Source of the DNA: Labilithrix luteola
GTDB lineage: Bacteria > Myxococcota_A > Polyangia > Polyangiales > Polyangiaceae
Direction of reading: 5' to 3'
DNA: 64,000 nt
NCBI RefSeq assembly: GCF_001263205.1
Contig: NZ_CP012333.1
Coordinates: forward strand, 11,121,377-11,185,376
Positions 38,956 through 49,361 of the stretch are shown here, piece by piece; the first letter of the stretch is position 1; every line of letters starts with the position of its first letter. The notes below the pieces were generated by a model. The model made no database searches, was not told the DNA's origin, and saw only the letters and a program-made list of their open reading frames with translations. A program made the position numbers and the translations under genes.

Positions 38956-40221
38956 ATGACGAAACCCATCTGGCTTGCTGCGGGCGTGCGTACCCCCTTT
39001 ACGAAGGTCGACGGAGGCCTGGCGAAACGAGACGCGATCGCCCTCGGCGTCCCTGTCTTGCAGGCGATGGCGGAGCAAGTGAGCGGCCGCATCGACGCCG
39101 CCGCATGGGGCAGCGTCATCCCGAACCTCGGCTACAGCAACCTCGCACGCGAGACGTGGCTCGAGGCGAAGCTCGATCCGACGGTGCCGACGTTCACCGT
39201 CGTCATGCAGTGCTCGACCAGCATGATGGCCGCCTTCGATCTGGCCGGCATCCTCGGTCGAGGCGCCTTCGAGCTCGCACTCGCCGGCGGCGCCGAGAGC
39301 ATGACGCACATCCAGGCTGGCCTCACTCAGCCGCTCTCCGATTGGCTACGCCACCTCTCGCAGGCCAAGGACTGGAAGCAGCGCGCCGAGGTCGCGCGTG
39401 ACATTCCCACGCACGACATTCATCTCCAGCTGCAGTCGATCAAGAACCGCTCGACCGGCAAGAGCATGGGCGAGCACTCCGAAGAGACGGCCAAGCAGTG
39501 GGAGATCGGTCGCGTCGACCAAGACGTCCAGGCGCTCGAGAGCCATCAGCGTGCCGTCGCCGGTCAGGATCGCGGCTTCTTCAAGGATCTCATCGTCCCC
39601 GTCGATGGCGTCGACGTCGACACATTCCCTCGACGCAACACCTCGCTCGAGGCACTCGGTCGCCTCTCGCCGGCGTTCGACAGGACGAGCGGGCACGGCA
39701 CCATCACCGCGGGCAACTCCTCGCCCCTCACCGACGGTGCCGCCGCCGTCTGGGTCGCGACCGACGTGGGGCTCACACGTCTCCCCTCGTCGATTCCGCG
39801 CGCGCGCCTCGTCGACTTCGACTTCGGGGCGGTCGACATCCAGAACGAAGGGCTGCTCATGGCGCCGGCCTACAGCATTCCTCGTCTCCTCGCGCGGAAC
39901 GGCCTCAAATACGAGGACATCGCGCTCTGGGAGATCCACGAGGCCTTCAGCTCGCAGGTGCTCTACCAGCTCAAGGCGCTCGACTCGGCCGAGTTCGTGA
40001 AGGACAAGGCGAAGGTCGACGCGTCGCTCGGCACCGTTCCGCGCGAACGCATCAATCCGAACGGCGGCAGCGTTGCGCTCGGTCATCCGTTCGGGGCCAC
40101 GGGCGCGCGCATTCTCAGCCAGGCCATCAAGGAGCTCTCGGCCTTGCCGAAGGGCTCGCGCGCCATCGTGAGTGTCTGCGCCGACGGCGGCGTCGGAACC
40201 GTCGCGCTGCTCGAAAACTGA
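38956..40221 (+). CDS. Acetyl-CoA C-acyltransferase (thiolase)
   Basis: N-terminus MTKPIWLAAGVRTPF. Thiolase Cys region. C-terminal GHPFGATGARIL and CADGGVG. Confidence 0.85.
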   Translation: MTKPIWLAAGVRTPFTKVDGGLAKRDAIALGVPVLQAMAEQVSGRIDAAAWGSVIPNLGYSNLARETWLEAKLDPTVPTFTVVMQCSTSMMAAFDLAGILGRGAFELALAGGAESMTHIQAGLTQPLSDWLRHLSQAKDWKQRAEVARDIPTHDIHLQLQSIKNRSTGKSMGEHSEETAKQWEIGRVDQDVQALESHQRAVAGQDRGFFKDLIVPVDGVDVDTFPRRNTSLEALGRLSPAFDRTSGHGTITAGNSSPLTDGAAAVWVATDVGLTRLPSSIPRARLVDFDFGAVDIQNEGLLMAPAYSIPRLLARNGLKYEDIALWEIHEAFSSQVLYQLKALDSAEFVKDKAKVDASLGTVPRERINPNGGSVALGHPFGATGARILSQAIKELSALPKGSRAIVSVCADGGVGTVALLEN

Positions 40222-40239
40222 ATCGCCTAGGTGACGGGC

Positions 40240-40272
40240 GCAGTCGCGGAGCTCTCGACTCTCCGCGACTGC
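40240..40272. terminator. Bidirectional hairpin terminator between convergent thiolase and osmC genes
   Basis: 12-bp perfect stem gcagtcgcggag / ctccgcgactgc with a 9-nt loop. Confidence 0.55.
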
Positions 40273-40285
40273 GAACGTGCGCTCG

Positions 40286-40720
40286 TCAGACGAGCTTCGC
40301 GTTGAGCGTCATCGGCGTAGACGCGAGCGCCTTCGAGAGCGGGCAGTTCTTCTTCGCCGCCTCGGCGATGGTCTGGAACTTCGCCGCGTCGATGCCGGGG
40401 ACCTTGGCTTCGAGATCGAGCGTGATGTGCTTGATGCTGAAGCCTTCGCCGTCCTTCTGGAGGTCGACGCTCGCCGTCACGCGCAGCTCGTCGGCCACGT
40501 TGCCCGCGTCCGTGAGGGCGAATCCGAGCGCCATGGCGAAGCAGCCCGCATGCGCGGCGCCGACGAGCTCTTCGGGGTTGGTGCCCGCTTTGCCGTCTTC
40601 GCTCTGGAAGCGCGTATTGAACGAGTAAGGCTGGTCTTTGAAGACTCCGCTCTGCGTGGTCAGAGCGCCTTTGCCGTGGAGTCCATCGCCTTTCCAGACC
40701 GCCGTGCTCTTTCGGATCAT
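40286..40720 (-). CDS. osmC: OsmC/Ohr-family peroxiredoxin
   Basis: 144 aa. Two conserved Cys (AHAGCFAM and KNCPLSKA). RBS GGAGGG. Confidence 0.85.
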   Translation of the reverse strand: MIRKSTAVWKGDGLHGKGALTTQSGVFKDQPYSFNTRFQSEDGKAGTNPEELVGAAHAGCFAMALGFALTDAGNVADELRVTASVDLQKDGEGFSIKHITLDLEAKVPGIDAAKFQTIAEAAKKNCPLSKALASTPMTLNAKLV

Positions 40721-40837
40721 GATCGTCCCTCCTGCGTTGGGCTGCTCGGTCTACCACTCCTGGCAGCGCGCGAGCAGCCCCGGCGGAGGCAACTTCGACG
40801 TGACGACGTCACGAGCATCCATGACGTCGCTGCGACG

Positions 40838-42328
40838 TCAGCCCACGGCGATGCCGATCTGACGGCGAAGCTTCGTGTAGCGGTCGGAGACCACGAAACT
40901 CATTAGGTCGTTCATCTTCTCGTCGGCGTGCGCCGTGTCCTCGAGCGAGATGACCTGATGCGCCGCCTTGAGATCGTTGGCGAGCAGAAGCCCGGCGCGC
41001 GCGCACGTGCGCGACGCAGCGTCGCTCCAGCGCTGGAGATTCGTGCGCCCGCCTTCTTCGACGAAGCGCAGGAAGTGGCCGCGCAGACGGTCGACCGCCT
41101 GCGGCTCGAGGATCGGCTCGATGGCCTGGGCGATCGGAACGACGAGCTGCTTCACCTGCGGGCTCATCGGAAGACCGGGGTTGCCGATCGAGAGCGCTGC
41201 GAGGAAGACGTCTTCGAGGCCTCGTGCCGTCGGCACGATGAGCTTCACGAAGTGCTCTTCGCGGTAGTTGGCGAGATGACGTCCCGCGAGGAACGCGAGC
41301 TCCGCGGCGGAGCGCCCCGACAGCGCCTGCGCGCCGATGCGCGACGACGGCGGTACGCCGGGCACCATCTCGACGAGCCCGTCGAAGTCCGGATCGGCGA
41401 AGAGCGCCGGCGAGTGCATGCCGAGGATAGCCGCTGCCCAATGGAAGCAGCGGACGGCCTGAATCGTGGTTTTCTCCGGATCCTGCTTGCGCGCCGGATC
41501 GAGCTTCACGAGCTGCTTGTCACGACGTAGGGCCGAGACGCGCCCGAGCAGAACGGCCGACACGACGACCGAGAAGATCTCGCCCACGAGCGTTTCTTCT
41601 TCCGGGTGGAAGAGGAGACGGCGCCACGCCTCGAGCGTGAGCGACGCGTTCGGACGGATGAGCGCAGCTTCCTTGTGCTTGCCGTAGACCTCCTGCTCTT
41701 CGGCGTTCGCCGCGCCGAGGAACGAGAGCACGTGGGCCACGCACCACTGGCGATCGACGTCGCCCGCCTTCTTCGAGAGACGGAACAGCGCGTGCAGACT
41801 CGCATCGTCGCGCGGATCGTGACGAACGCGGCGCGCGAGCTCCGTCGGATCTTCGTCGGGCACGGACGCGGCCGCCGGGGCCGCCGGAGCCACGTCCGAG
41901 AGATCGACTTCCACCGCGATGTGGGCGCGCGCCTCTTCGAGCTCACGTTCGAGCTCGGCGATACGCCCCTCGAGGAACTTCACGCGGCGTTCGAGGGCGA
42001 GCGTGCGATGGTCGGTCGCCGGTTCGAACGGCGAGATGGACATCGGCGGCGGGGCGTCGTCCATCGAGAGGTCCTTGATGACCACGCGGTGGCGCGCCTC
42101 GTAGGCGGCTTGCAGCGCGGACTCCAGGCGGCGAAGACGCGCGCGATCGAGGCCAAGGCTGTCGGCCATCTTGTCGAGCTGCGTCCGCTCCTCCTGCGTG
42201 ATGATCCCGTCTTCGATCACCTCCGCGAAGAGCTCCTCGTACATCGCCTCGAGCTTGCCGAGTCGGACGTTGCCCGTAACCTCACCGAGCTCGAACCGCT
42301 GGCTGTGCTCGAACGTCGCGTCGCTCAT
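40838..42328 (-). CDS. Hypothetical protein with N-terminal coiled coil
   Basis: ATG 42328 with CAGGAGGA RBS. 497 aa with coding-like GC3. No recognisable catalytic motif. Confidence 0.6.
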   Translation of the reverse strand: MSDATFEHSQRFELGEVTGNVRLGKLEAMYEELFAEVIEDGIITQEERTQLDKMADSLGLDRARLRRLESALQAAYEARHRVVIKDLSMDDAPPPMSISPFEPATDHRTLALERRVKFLEGRIAELERELEEARAHIAVEVDLSDVAPAAPAAASVPDEDPTELARRVRHDPRDDASLHALFRLSKKAGDVDRQWCVAHVLSFLGAANAEEQEVYGKHKEAALIRPNASLTLEAWRRLLFHPEEETLVGEIFSVVVSAVLLGRVSALRRDKQLVKLDPARKQDPEKTTIQAVRCFHWAAAILGMHSPALFADPDFDGLVEMVPGVPPSSRIGAQALSGRSAAELAFLAGRHLANYREEHFVKLIVPTARGLEDVFLAALSIGNPGLPMSPQVKQLVVPIAQAIEPILEPQAVDRLRGHFLRFVEEGGRTNLQRWSDAASRTCARAGLLLANDLKAAHQVISLEDTAHADEKMNDLMSFVVSDRYTKLRRQIGIAVG

Positions 42329-42567
42329 ACATTCCTCCTGAACGGGGACTTCAAAACCGGAAGTGGAGTGTCGCCCGGGTCGGGGCCGTCGCACAACGAC
42401 CGCTCCTCGCGTGGGCACGGTGCGCGATGTGGGCGATGTGGGCGGCAGTCACCCACCGACCGGATGTCAGGTCGACGGTCGAAAGGGCCGGCCGTACGGG
42501 GCAAAACGCGGCCCTTGCGCCTGAGTCGCCACATTCCGTCGAAATTCGTTACTCTGGTCGCGAGTCG

Positions 42568-45315
42568 ATGTTCGAGTCGATCGACGTTCTCTACGCCCGT
42601 TGGCAGGAAAATCCGGACGCGTCTCGCACGGCGGCCCTTTGCGACGCCTTGCGCGGATCGAGGCGTTTGGACCTCGTCGACATCGTTGGCAACCATGCCG
42701 CCCGGCAACTCGACGTTCCAGCCCTCGTGGCTGCCGCTCGCATGTACACCGACACGGGGCGCCTCGAAGACGCTCAGCAGGTGCTCATCTCGGCGGGTCG
42801 TCTCGCTCCGCGCGACGGTGAGGTCTTCCGTTGGCTCGGCGAAGTCCTCCTTCGACGCGGCGACGCCGAGCGCGCGGAGAAGGTCCTCGAGCGCGCCGTG
42901 CAGATCGGCGGGAGCGCGCAGGCGCAGACGTGGCTCACCCATGCTCGGACGCTGCTCACCACGCAGCGTTCGTCGGGCATGATGGCCGTCGCGCACGAGC
43001 TCGCGCAGATGATCGAGAGCGGAGCGCACGAAGCGCCCGACGCCGACGAGCTCGAGACGCAGATTCGTGGGCAAGACGAGGTACGCGCGGCGCTGAGCAA
43101 GGCAGGCCTGGCACTGCCAGCCGCCGGTCGTGCGCCGGCCCCGCCTCCCGCCAACCGAACGCGCCCCCTCGACGACGGTCTCTTCGGCCTCGGCCAGACA
43201 GCCGGTGTCGGCCTTCCCCAACCCGATTTCGGCGCTCACGCGGCACCACTCGGAGGCGGAACGGCGGCGTTCGGCGGAGGACCGCCTTCCTCGACGCTGA
43301 TGCGCGCCGCGAAGCCGGTCTTGCCCGAGCTTCCCGTCAATCCGAAGCTCCTTCCGCAGAGGCCGCCGGCGCCTTCGAGCCACGGTCGCGTGCCGGAGCC
43401 GCGTGACGTCCTCGAGGCCCTGCAAATCGCCGGCGTCTACGAACCGGACGGCGCCGTGAGTCCCGTCGGGGCATGGGCCGCGCCCGAGCGCGGGAGGCGC
43501 CGCATCGGCAGCCTGATTTCGCTCATCACGCTCGCCGCGGTCACCGTGGGAGGCGCCACAGGCGCCTACTACTACGTGAAGGACAAGCGGGCGAAGCAGC
43601 ACGTCGAGGCGGAGGCGATGCTCGCGCAGGTCGACGCCGATCTCGCTGCGAGCAACACGACGCTCCTCGAGTCCGTCGAGCAGCGTCTCGGCCAGGCGTT
43701 CGATCTCGAATCCCGGTCGCCCCACGCCGCGCTCACGTGGGTGCACGAGCGCGCGATGCTCGGCTTGTTGAAGGGCGGCGAGAACGTCGCCTTCGAAGAT
43801 TCCGTGCAGCGCGCGAAGGAAGTCGGCATCCCGGAGAAGCAGCTCGCCTTCGCCAACGTCGCGTCGTTCCTTTTCCAGGGCGACACGGCAGGTGCCGCCG
43901 CCGCCGTTGCCAAGTGGGACAGCGTCGCGAGCGACGATGCATGGTTCCAGCTCGTCGCCGGCGCCACGTTCGAGCGCGCGGGCGACGCACGTGCCGTCGA
44001 TCGCTACGCCGCCGCGACGAAGCTCGACCCCTCGGTCCTCGCGGCGCAGATGCTCCTCGTGCGCACCAGCGCCGTCGACGGCGATGCGGAGAAGGCGAGC
44101 GAGGTCGCCAAGGAGTTCCGTACGAAGTACCCGACGAGGCCCGAAGGCGCGGCGCTCGTCACGCTCGCCTGGGCGCGCAATCCTGCACGCGGCGAGCCGC
44201 CGGCGGAGGCCAAGGAAGTCAGCGACAAGCCCGACGCGCTGCCGATGCCGCTCAAGGCGGTTCCGTACGCAGCGCGCGCGCTTCTGGCGCTCGAGACGCA
44301 CAAGATCGACGAAGCCAAGACGGCGCTCACCAAGGGCCTCGCCGTCAGCGACACGCCAGGCATCGCCTCTTGGCTCGGCGGCATTGCGCTCACCACGGGC
44401 GACGAAGCGCTCGCGCGCAAGGCGGCCCTCGCGGCGGTCTCCTACTCGGCGGTGTATCCGCCGGCACGCGTGCTCGCGGCGCGTGTCGCGCTCCTCGGTG
44501 CCCGTCTCGACGAAGCGCTCAAGGCTGCCGAAGAGCTGCCTCCTGCGTCTCCCGACGTTGCCGTGGTGACGGCGGCAGTAGCGTACGAAAAGCTCGACGG
44601 CGAGCGCATGTCTCGCGCACTCGAAGCCGTGCCCGACGATGTGAAGAAGCGGCCGTTCCTCGTGCCGCTCGTCCGTGGGCAGGCCTTGCTCGGCGGAAAT
44701 CCCGCGGGGCTGCTCGGCGACAAGGCCGTTGCCATGGCCGACGACGACTTCCCGTGGGCCGATCTCGTCGCGATGGACGCGGCTCTCGACACCGGCGACC
44801 TCGACACGGCGGCCAAGATCGCCGCGCAATGGGCAGGCGATTCGCGCCCGCTTCGTGCGCTTCGCCTTGCGCGACTTGCCCGTTACCAGGGCAAGCTCGA
44901 AGACGCCGACAAATACAGCCGCGCCGCGCTCGAGGGCACGGTCACTCTGCGCACGCTGACCGAGCGCGTCTTCAGCCTGATCGCTGCAGGCAAGGCTCAC
45001 GACGCCGTGGTGCTCTTCAAGACGTACCCGAACGTCGGCGGACCGCTCGCCAAGTGGCTCCGCGCGTACGCGGTCGCTTCGAACGGCAAAGTCGAAGAGG
45101 CCCGTGCGTCGATCGCGCAAGAGGATCCGCCTCCGCCGCTCTCGCCGATGCCCTCGCGCATCATCGCCGCCGCCGCTTACGGCGCAACGAAGGATGCGCG
45201 TCATGGGGCCGACTACGTGAAGTCGATCGCGCAAGCCGGCTTCGCGAACCCCGACGTTGCTGCCGCCGCTGAGAAAGTCGGAGCCGGCAAGCCCGCGCCC
45301 CCGAAGCGAAAGTAG
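42568..45315 (+). CDS. Large TPR-like repeat protein with a single TM segment
   Basis: 915 aa. Repeated helical Ala/Leu-rich TPR-like units. TM helix IGSLISLITLAAVTVGGATGAYYY around residue 360. Confidence 0.7.
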   Translation: MFESIDVLYARWQENPDASRTAALCDALRGSRRLDLVDIVGNHAARQLDVPALVAAARMYTDTGRLEDAQQVLISAGRLAPRDGEVFRWLGEVLLRRGDAERAEKVLERAVQIGGSAQAQTWLTHARTLLTTQRSSGMMAVAHELAQMIESGAHEAPDADELETQIRGQDEVRAALSKAGLALPAAGRAPAPPPANRTRPLDDGLFGLGQTAGVGLPQPDFGAHAAPLGGGTAAFGGGPPSSTLMRAAKPVLPELPVNPKLLPQRPPAPSSHGRVPEPRDVLEALQIAGVYEPDGAVSPVGAWAAPERGRRRIGSLISLITLAAVTVGGATGAYYYVKDKRAKQHVEAEAMLAQVDADLAASNTTLLESVEQRLGQAFDLESRSPHAALTWVHERAMLGLLKGGENVAFEDSVQRAKEVGIPEKQLAFANVASFLFQGDTAGAAAAVAKWDSVASDDAWFQLVAGATFERAGDARAVDRYAAATKLDPSVLAAQMLLVRTSAVDGDAEKASEVAKEFRTKYPTRPEGAALVTLAWARNPARGEPPAEAKEVSDKPDALPMPLKAVPYAARALLALETHKIDEAKTALTKGLAVSDTPGIASWLGGIALTTGDEALARKAALAAVSYSAVYPPARVLAARVALLGARLDEALKAAEELPPASPDVAVVTAAVAYEKLDGERMSRALEAVPDDVKKRPFLVPLVRGQALLGGNPAGLLGDKAVAMADDDFPWADLVAMDAALDTGDLDTAAKIAAQWAGDSRPLRALRLARLARYQGKLEDADKYSRAALEGTVTLRTLTERVFSLIAAGKAHDAVVLFKTYPNVGGPLAKWLRAYAVASNGKVEEARASIAQEDPPPPLSPMPSRIIAAAAYGATKDARHGADYVKSIAQAGFANPDVAAAAEKVGAGKPAPPKRK

Positions 45316-45982
45316 TGTCTCGAGCGCAGTCCAGGACGAGGCGGCGAGCCTCTCTTGCTGCGCTCGCGGCTCTGATCTTCGGTGCGAAGATCGCTCGCGC
45401 CGACGCTCCCCTGCCCGCATCGAGAGCTCGGCCGCTGGCTCCTCGAGTGCGCAGCCTGTGCCTGCGCGAGGCAAGGCATACCTACGTTGTGCGACCAAAC
45501 GTAAGAAAAAATCATTCTGAGTGATCGCGGGCGCGCGTTGCCGGTGATTGCGATGGTTATGGGGCGGCGCAACACGATGGCAGTTGCCCCTGCGCAGCGG
45601 ACACAGAGTCGAACATTCATGTGCACACCGAGGCCCTGGTCGGCGTGACGACCGTGGCTCGATCGCACGAGACGGTCGTCGCCCAGTTCTAGCAGCGACC
45701 CACGCCTCGTATCGGACTGCCGACGAATCGACGTCGTGCAGTTACGAATTCAGCGGGTCGCGTTCGTAAAGGACGCGAACCCAAAAGATTGAATCGGCAA
45801 TTGGCTCACCCCTCGGCAACGTCCGGGTCGGGTGCGACACCTCATCGTTTTTTGTAAAGCGTCATCGACGATTGAGGAGTGCCAATCGTCAATCGCGCCA
45901 GTGTCACCTTGGTTGGTTCAATCCCTTTGCGATAGGCGATTTTCTCCGCCGCATTCGCGAAAGGGAGAGGAGCGGTCACCGT

Positions 45983-47740
45983 ATGCTTTTCAGTAGGTCC
46001 GGTCTGGTCGGCGTTGCTGTTACGAGTCTCCTTGGATCGTTCGTAGCGGTGGGATGTGGCGCGGACGGTGGCAGCGATCTGCCGTCGGAGACCCTGTCCG
46101 TGGACAGCAGCGCGCCGCAGCAGGAGGAGGACAACTCGACGCGGCTTCCCGGTCCGAGCGACGATCGCGACGCCTCCACAGGGAAGGACGCCGGAAAGGA
46201 CGCCGGAAAGGACGCCGGGAACGACGCCTCCACAGGGAAGGACGCCGGAAAGGACGCGGGACCTGCACCCGACCCGGGTGCTTCTTGCACCACCGTCGAT
46301 CAGATGACATCGCGCACGTGCGGAATGTGCGGCAAGCAGCAGGCCATTTGTCAGTCCGACGTCAACGGGACCCTCACGTGGAGCGATTACGGCCCGTGCC
46401 TCAACGAGGTTGGTGAGTGCATTCCCGGCGCGACGAAGGCGTGTGGGGACTGCGGTACCCAGACGTGCTCGAACACCTGCGGCTGGGGAACATGCGCGAG
46501 CCAACCCGCGAATCACTGCTCGCCCGGAACCGTCGACCGCACGGTGGCGGGTTGCCCTCAGGGTGGCTGGAAGAGTCGAACGTGCGATGGCACGTGCCAA
46601 TGGTCGGGCTATGCACTCACGTGCAGCCTTCCCACACCCGTTGATCTCTTCGCGGGCGGGTACAGCTACTCGACGTACATCCGCGGAAGCGACGGCGCGC
46701 TGTACGGTTGGGGGCGCAATACCGCCGGTCAGCTCGGTGGCCCCGACACCGACGACAAGCGCAAGATATCGCCGGGGTCGTTCGGTGACATCGTCTCGGT
46801 CCAGGCGGGTGGCGGTACTTCGTCGACGAACGGCTTCGCGTGCGCGGCCTTCGGGAACGGCAGCGCGAAGTGCTGGGGGAGCATCAGCAGCTCGTACACG
46901 TTCGGCGACGGCTCGACGACCACCTCGTCGACCGGCGTGACGCCCAACGGGTTCGAGGCAAACGTCAAGCAGATGGTCGTCGGCTACTCGAACGGCTGCG
47001 GCGTGTTCGCGGACGGCTCCGCGAAGTGCTGGGGCTACAACTACTACGGGCAGCTCGGCAACGGACTCACGACGGATTCGAAGACGCCCGTCGCCGTCAC
47101 CGGCCTCACGGACGCCAAACAGCTTGGCCTGGGCTACTACACCGTCTGCGCTCGCAAGGGCGACGGCTCGGCGTACTGCTGGGGCTACAACACCAACGGG
47201 ATGATCGGCGACGGAACGACCACCAACCGAAGCACGCCCACCCTCGCGATCGCCAGCGGAGTCGCGTCGGTCGCGCCTGGCTACTACCACACGTGCGCCG
47301 CCATGACGGACGGCACGGCCAAGTGCTGGGGCCAGAACACGAACGGCGAAATCGGAAACGGGGCGGGCGGAAGCAGCGCATCGAACGTCACGTCTCCAGC
47401 CACGGTCTCCGGCATCGACGGGGCCGGCCAGCTCTCGGGCGTCGCCGAGGTCTGCACCGGATATGGCATCAGCTGCGCGCGACTCTCGGACGGTCGCGTC
47501 GCGTGCTGGGGCCGCAACAATTACGGGCAGCTCGGCATCGGCAGCACGACCCCCTCGTCGGCGAACGTACCGAAGCTTGTCGGCGGCATCACGGCCGCGA
47601 CCAAGCTGGTGTGCGGCTACCAGCATGCTTGTGTCATCGACGTCGATAACCAGGTGAAGTGCTGGGGTGACGGCCAGTACGGGCAGATCGGTAACGGCGG
47701 AACCGCCGTTGCGACCACCGCCCAGCTCGCGACCTTCTAG
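45983..47740 (+). CDS. Lipoprotein: DAGKDAG repeats, Cys-rich module, then RCC1-like beta-propeller repeats
   Basis: Lipobox VAVGC. (DAGKDAG)n repeats. A 12-Cys module CTTVDQ...CGMCGKQ...CGDCGTQTCSNTCGWGTC. At least seven RCC1-type repeats (CWG.N.YGQLGNG). Confidence 0.85.
   Translation: MLFSRSGLVGVAVTSLLGSFVAVGCGADGGSDLPSETLSVDSSAPQQEEDNSTRLPGPSDDRDASTGKDAGKDAGKDAGNDASTGKDAGKDAGPAPDPGASCTTVDQMTSRTCGMCGKQQAICQSDVNGTLTWSDYGPCLNEVGECIPGATKACGDCGTQTCSNTCGWGTCASQPANHCSPGTVDRTVAGCPQGGWKSRTCDGTCQWSGYALTCSLPTPVDLFAGGYSYSTYIRGSDGALYGWGRNTAGQLGGPDTDDKRKISPGSFGDIVSVQAGGGTSSTNGFACAAFGNGSAKCWGSISSSYTFGDGSTTTSSTGVTPNGFEANVKQMVVGYSNGCGVFADGSAKCWGYNYYGQLGNGLTTDSKTPVAVTGLTDAKQLGLGYYTVCARKGDGSAYCWGYNTNGMIGDGTTTNRSTPTLAIASGVASVAPGYYHTCAAMTDGTAKCWGQNTNGEIGNGAGGSSASNVTSPATVSGIDGAGQLSGVAEVCTGYGISCARLSDGRVACWGRNNYGQLGIGSTTPSSANVPKLVGGITAATKLVCGYQHACVIDVDNQVKCWGDGQYGQIGNGGTAVATTAQLATF
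46286..46605 (+). repeat. Dispersed repeat copy 1, encoding the Cys-rich module (copy 2 at 50458-50775)
   Basis: About 80% nucleotide identity to 50458-50775, aligned by eye from ctgcaccac(c/g)gtcgatcagat... through ...cgaacgtgcg. Confidence 0.7.
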
Positions 47741-47810
47741 TCACGCGTGATGGCGACCGACGCGATATCTCCCCGTCGCGTCGGGTCCCCCATACCGTGT
47801 ACCGCGCCGT

Positions 47811-47886
47811 CCTGATTGGGAATCAGGCGGAGCCCCCCGGCGCTGCAAGACGCCGCTATCAAAACTGCCCCTGATTGACAATCAGG
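47811..47886. promoter_or_regulatory. Two copies of palindrome CCTGATTG-N-CAATCAGG spaced 59 bp apart, upstream of lipoprotein gene 47964
   Basis: cctgattgggaatcagg (47811-47827) and cctgattgacaatcagg (47870-47886). Both are followed by GCG. Confidence 0.45.
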
Positions 47887-47963
47887 CGTCCTGTCTCATC
47901 CCACTGCTCCGAAACCAATCGTCGAGCGGTATCCAACAAAACTGTAGTTAGGAGGATTTCCAT

Positions 47964-49349
47964 ATGCGCCACGCAACCGCGTTCGTCGCGCCTCTCGCGC
48001 TGATTGGTTTCTTCGTCGCCTGTAGCAGCAACTCGTCACGAGCGACGTTCCGCGGCGACGTCAATAGCAGCGACGCCCGGGCCCCGGAGGCTGGCACGGA
48101 CCCCAGCAGCGGGACCTTCGTGGAGGACGCCAACGCCCCCCTATGCGATCGGCTCGACTGCAAGGTGGCCGATTGCGGCGAAGGTCCCACCACCACGCTC
48201 GTGGGCAAGGTCTACGATCCGGCGGGAGCGAACCCGCTCTACAACGTGCAGGTCTACATCCCGAAGCTGGAGCCCGGAGAAGAGCTTCCGCCCCTGGCCG
48301 ACACCACCGTCGACGGGGTCGCGTGCGAGACCTGCGCCAGCGTCGTCGTGAACCCCCTGAGGAGCGCCATCACGAACGAGAAGGGGGAGTTTACCCTCGA
48401 GAACGTTCCGGTCGACAAGAACGTCCCCGTCGTCATCCAGGTCGGCAAGTGGCGCCGAAAGTTCGAGATCGAAGTCAAGAACGCGTGTGACGAAAACAAG
48501 GTCTCCGACCGCACACTCAAGCTCCCGAGGAACGGCTCCGAAGGCGATATGCCTCAAATCGCCGTCTCGACGGGTGGCTGCGACGCGCTCGAGTGCCTGC
48601 TCCGCGGGATCGGAGTCGACGACAACGAGTTCGTCCAAGGCCACGGCGGATCAGGCCACGTGCACGTGTTCAAGGGTGAGTTGGGCGAGATGGGCGCACC
48701 GGCTCAGTCCTTCTGGAACGACGCCGAGCAGCTCAAGAAATACGACATGGTGCTCCTCTCCTGCGAATGCGGCGAGAACCTGCCGAACAAGGGCGGCAGC
48801 GCGCAGGGAGCGCGCGGGTCGATGTACGATTATCTGAATGCGGGCGGCCGCGTGTTCGCGACGCACTTTCATTACAGCTGGTTCAGGTATTCACCCTCGT
48901 ACGACTTCCGCCAAATCGCGAGTTGGGGAAGCAGCGATTCGAGCTCCGGTGACTACAACGTCAACATGGACTTCCCCAATGGTGACATGCTCGCCCGCTG
49001 GCTCGTCGAGACAGGCGGCTCGTCCACCCTCGGCAAGGTCCCGCTGACCGACGCGACGGGATCGATAACGCGCGTGAACAGTCCCGCGACCACATGGATC
49101 TCGAGGCCGTCTGCCCCGAAGTTCTTGAGCTTCAATACGCCCGTCGACGTCCCCGAGGACGAGCAGTGCGGGCGCGCGGTCTTCAGCGATGTCCACGTCA
49201 CGGGCAATGGAGGCCCGTCGAGCATCTCGGGTTGCTCGATCAGCGCGGGCGGGCTGAGCGGCCAGCAGAAGGCGCTCGAGTTCCTCTTCTTCGACCTGTC
49301 GTCGTGCGTGCAGAAGATCGAAGATCCGCCGACGCCCCCGACGAAATAA
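47964..49349 (+). CDS. Hypothetical Cys-rich lipoprotein with carboxypeptidase-regulatory-like N-terminal fold
   Basis: RBS TAGGAGGA. Lipobox FFVAC. N-terminal segment KVYDPAGANPLYNVQVYI. Many Cys residues. Confidence 0.75.
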   Translation: MRHATAFVAPLALIGFFVACSSNSSRATFRGDVNSSDARAPEAGTDPSSGTFVEDANAPLCDRLDCKVADCGEGPTTTLVGKVYDPAGANPLYNVQVYIPKLEPGEELPPLADTTVDGVACETCASVVVNPLRSAITNEKGEFTLENVPVDKNVPVVIQVGKWRRKFEIEVKNACDENKVSDRTLKLPRNGSEGDMPQIAVSTGGCDALECLLRGIGVDDNEFVQGHGGSGHVHVFKGELGEMGAPAQSFWNDAEQLKKYDMVLLSCECGENLPNKGGSAQGARGSMYDYLNAGGRVFATHFHYSWFRYSPSYDFRQIASWGSSDSSSGDYNVNMDFPNGDMLARWLVETGGSSTLGKVPLTDATGSITRVNSPATTWISRPSAPKFLSFNTPVDVPEDEQCGRAVFSDVHVTGNGGPSSISGCSISAGGLSGQQKALEFLFFDLSSCVQKIEDPPTPPTK

Positions 49350-49361
49350 CAAGACTCGCAA

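Noticed and set aside
42325-45498. 1057-aa minus-strand ORF
   Set aside because: Antisense to the TPR protein gene. The product is Arg-rich and lacks coding-like periodicity.
45315-45524. 69-aa ORF with a signal-peptide-like N-terminus after the TPR gene
   Set aside because: Arg-rich, no RBS, and it overlaps the TPR stop. It is more likely intergenic promoter DNA for the lipoprotein cluster. I could not support it.
45842-47626. 594-aa minus-strand ORF
   Set aside because: Antisense to the RCC1 lipoprotein, which has clear repeat motifs.
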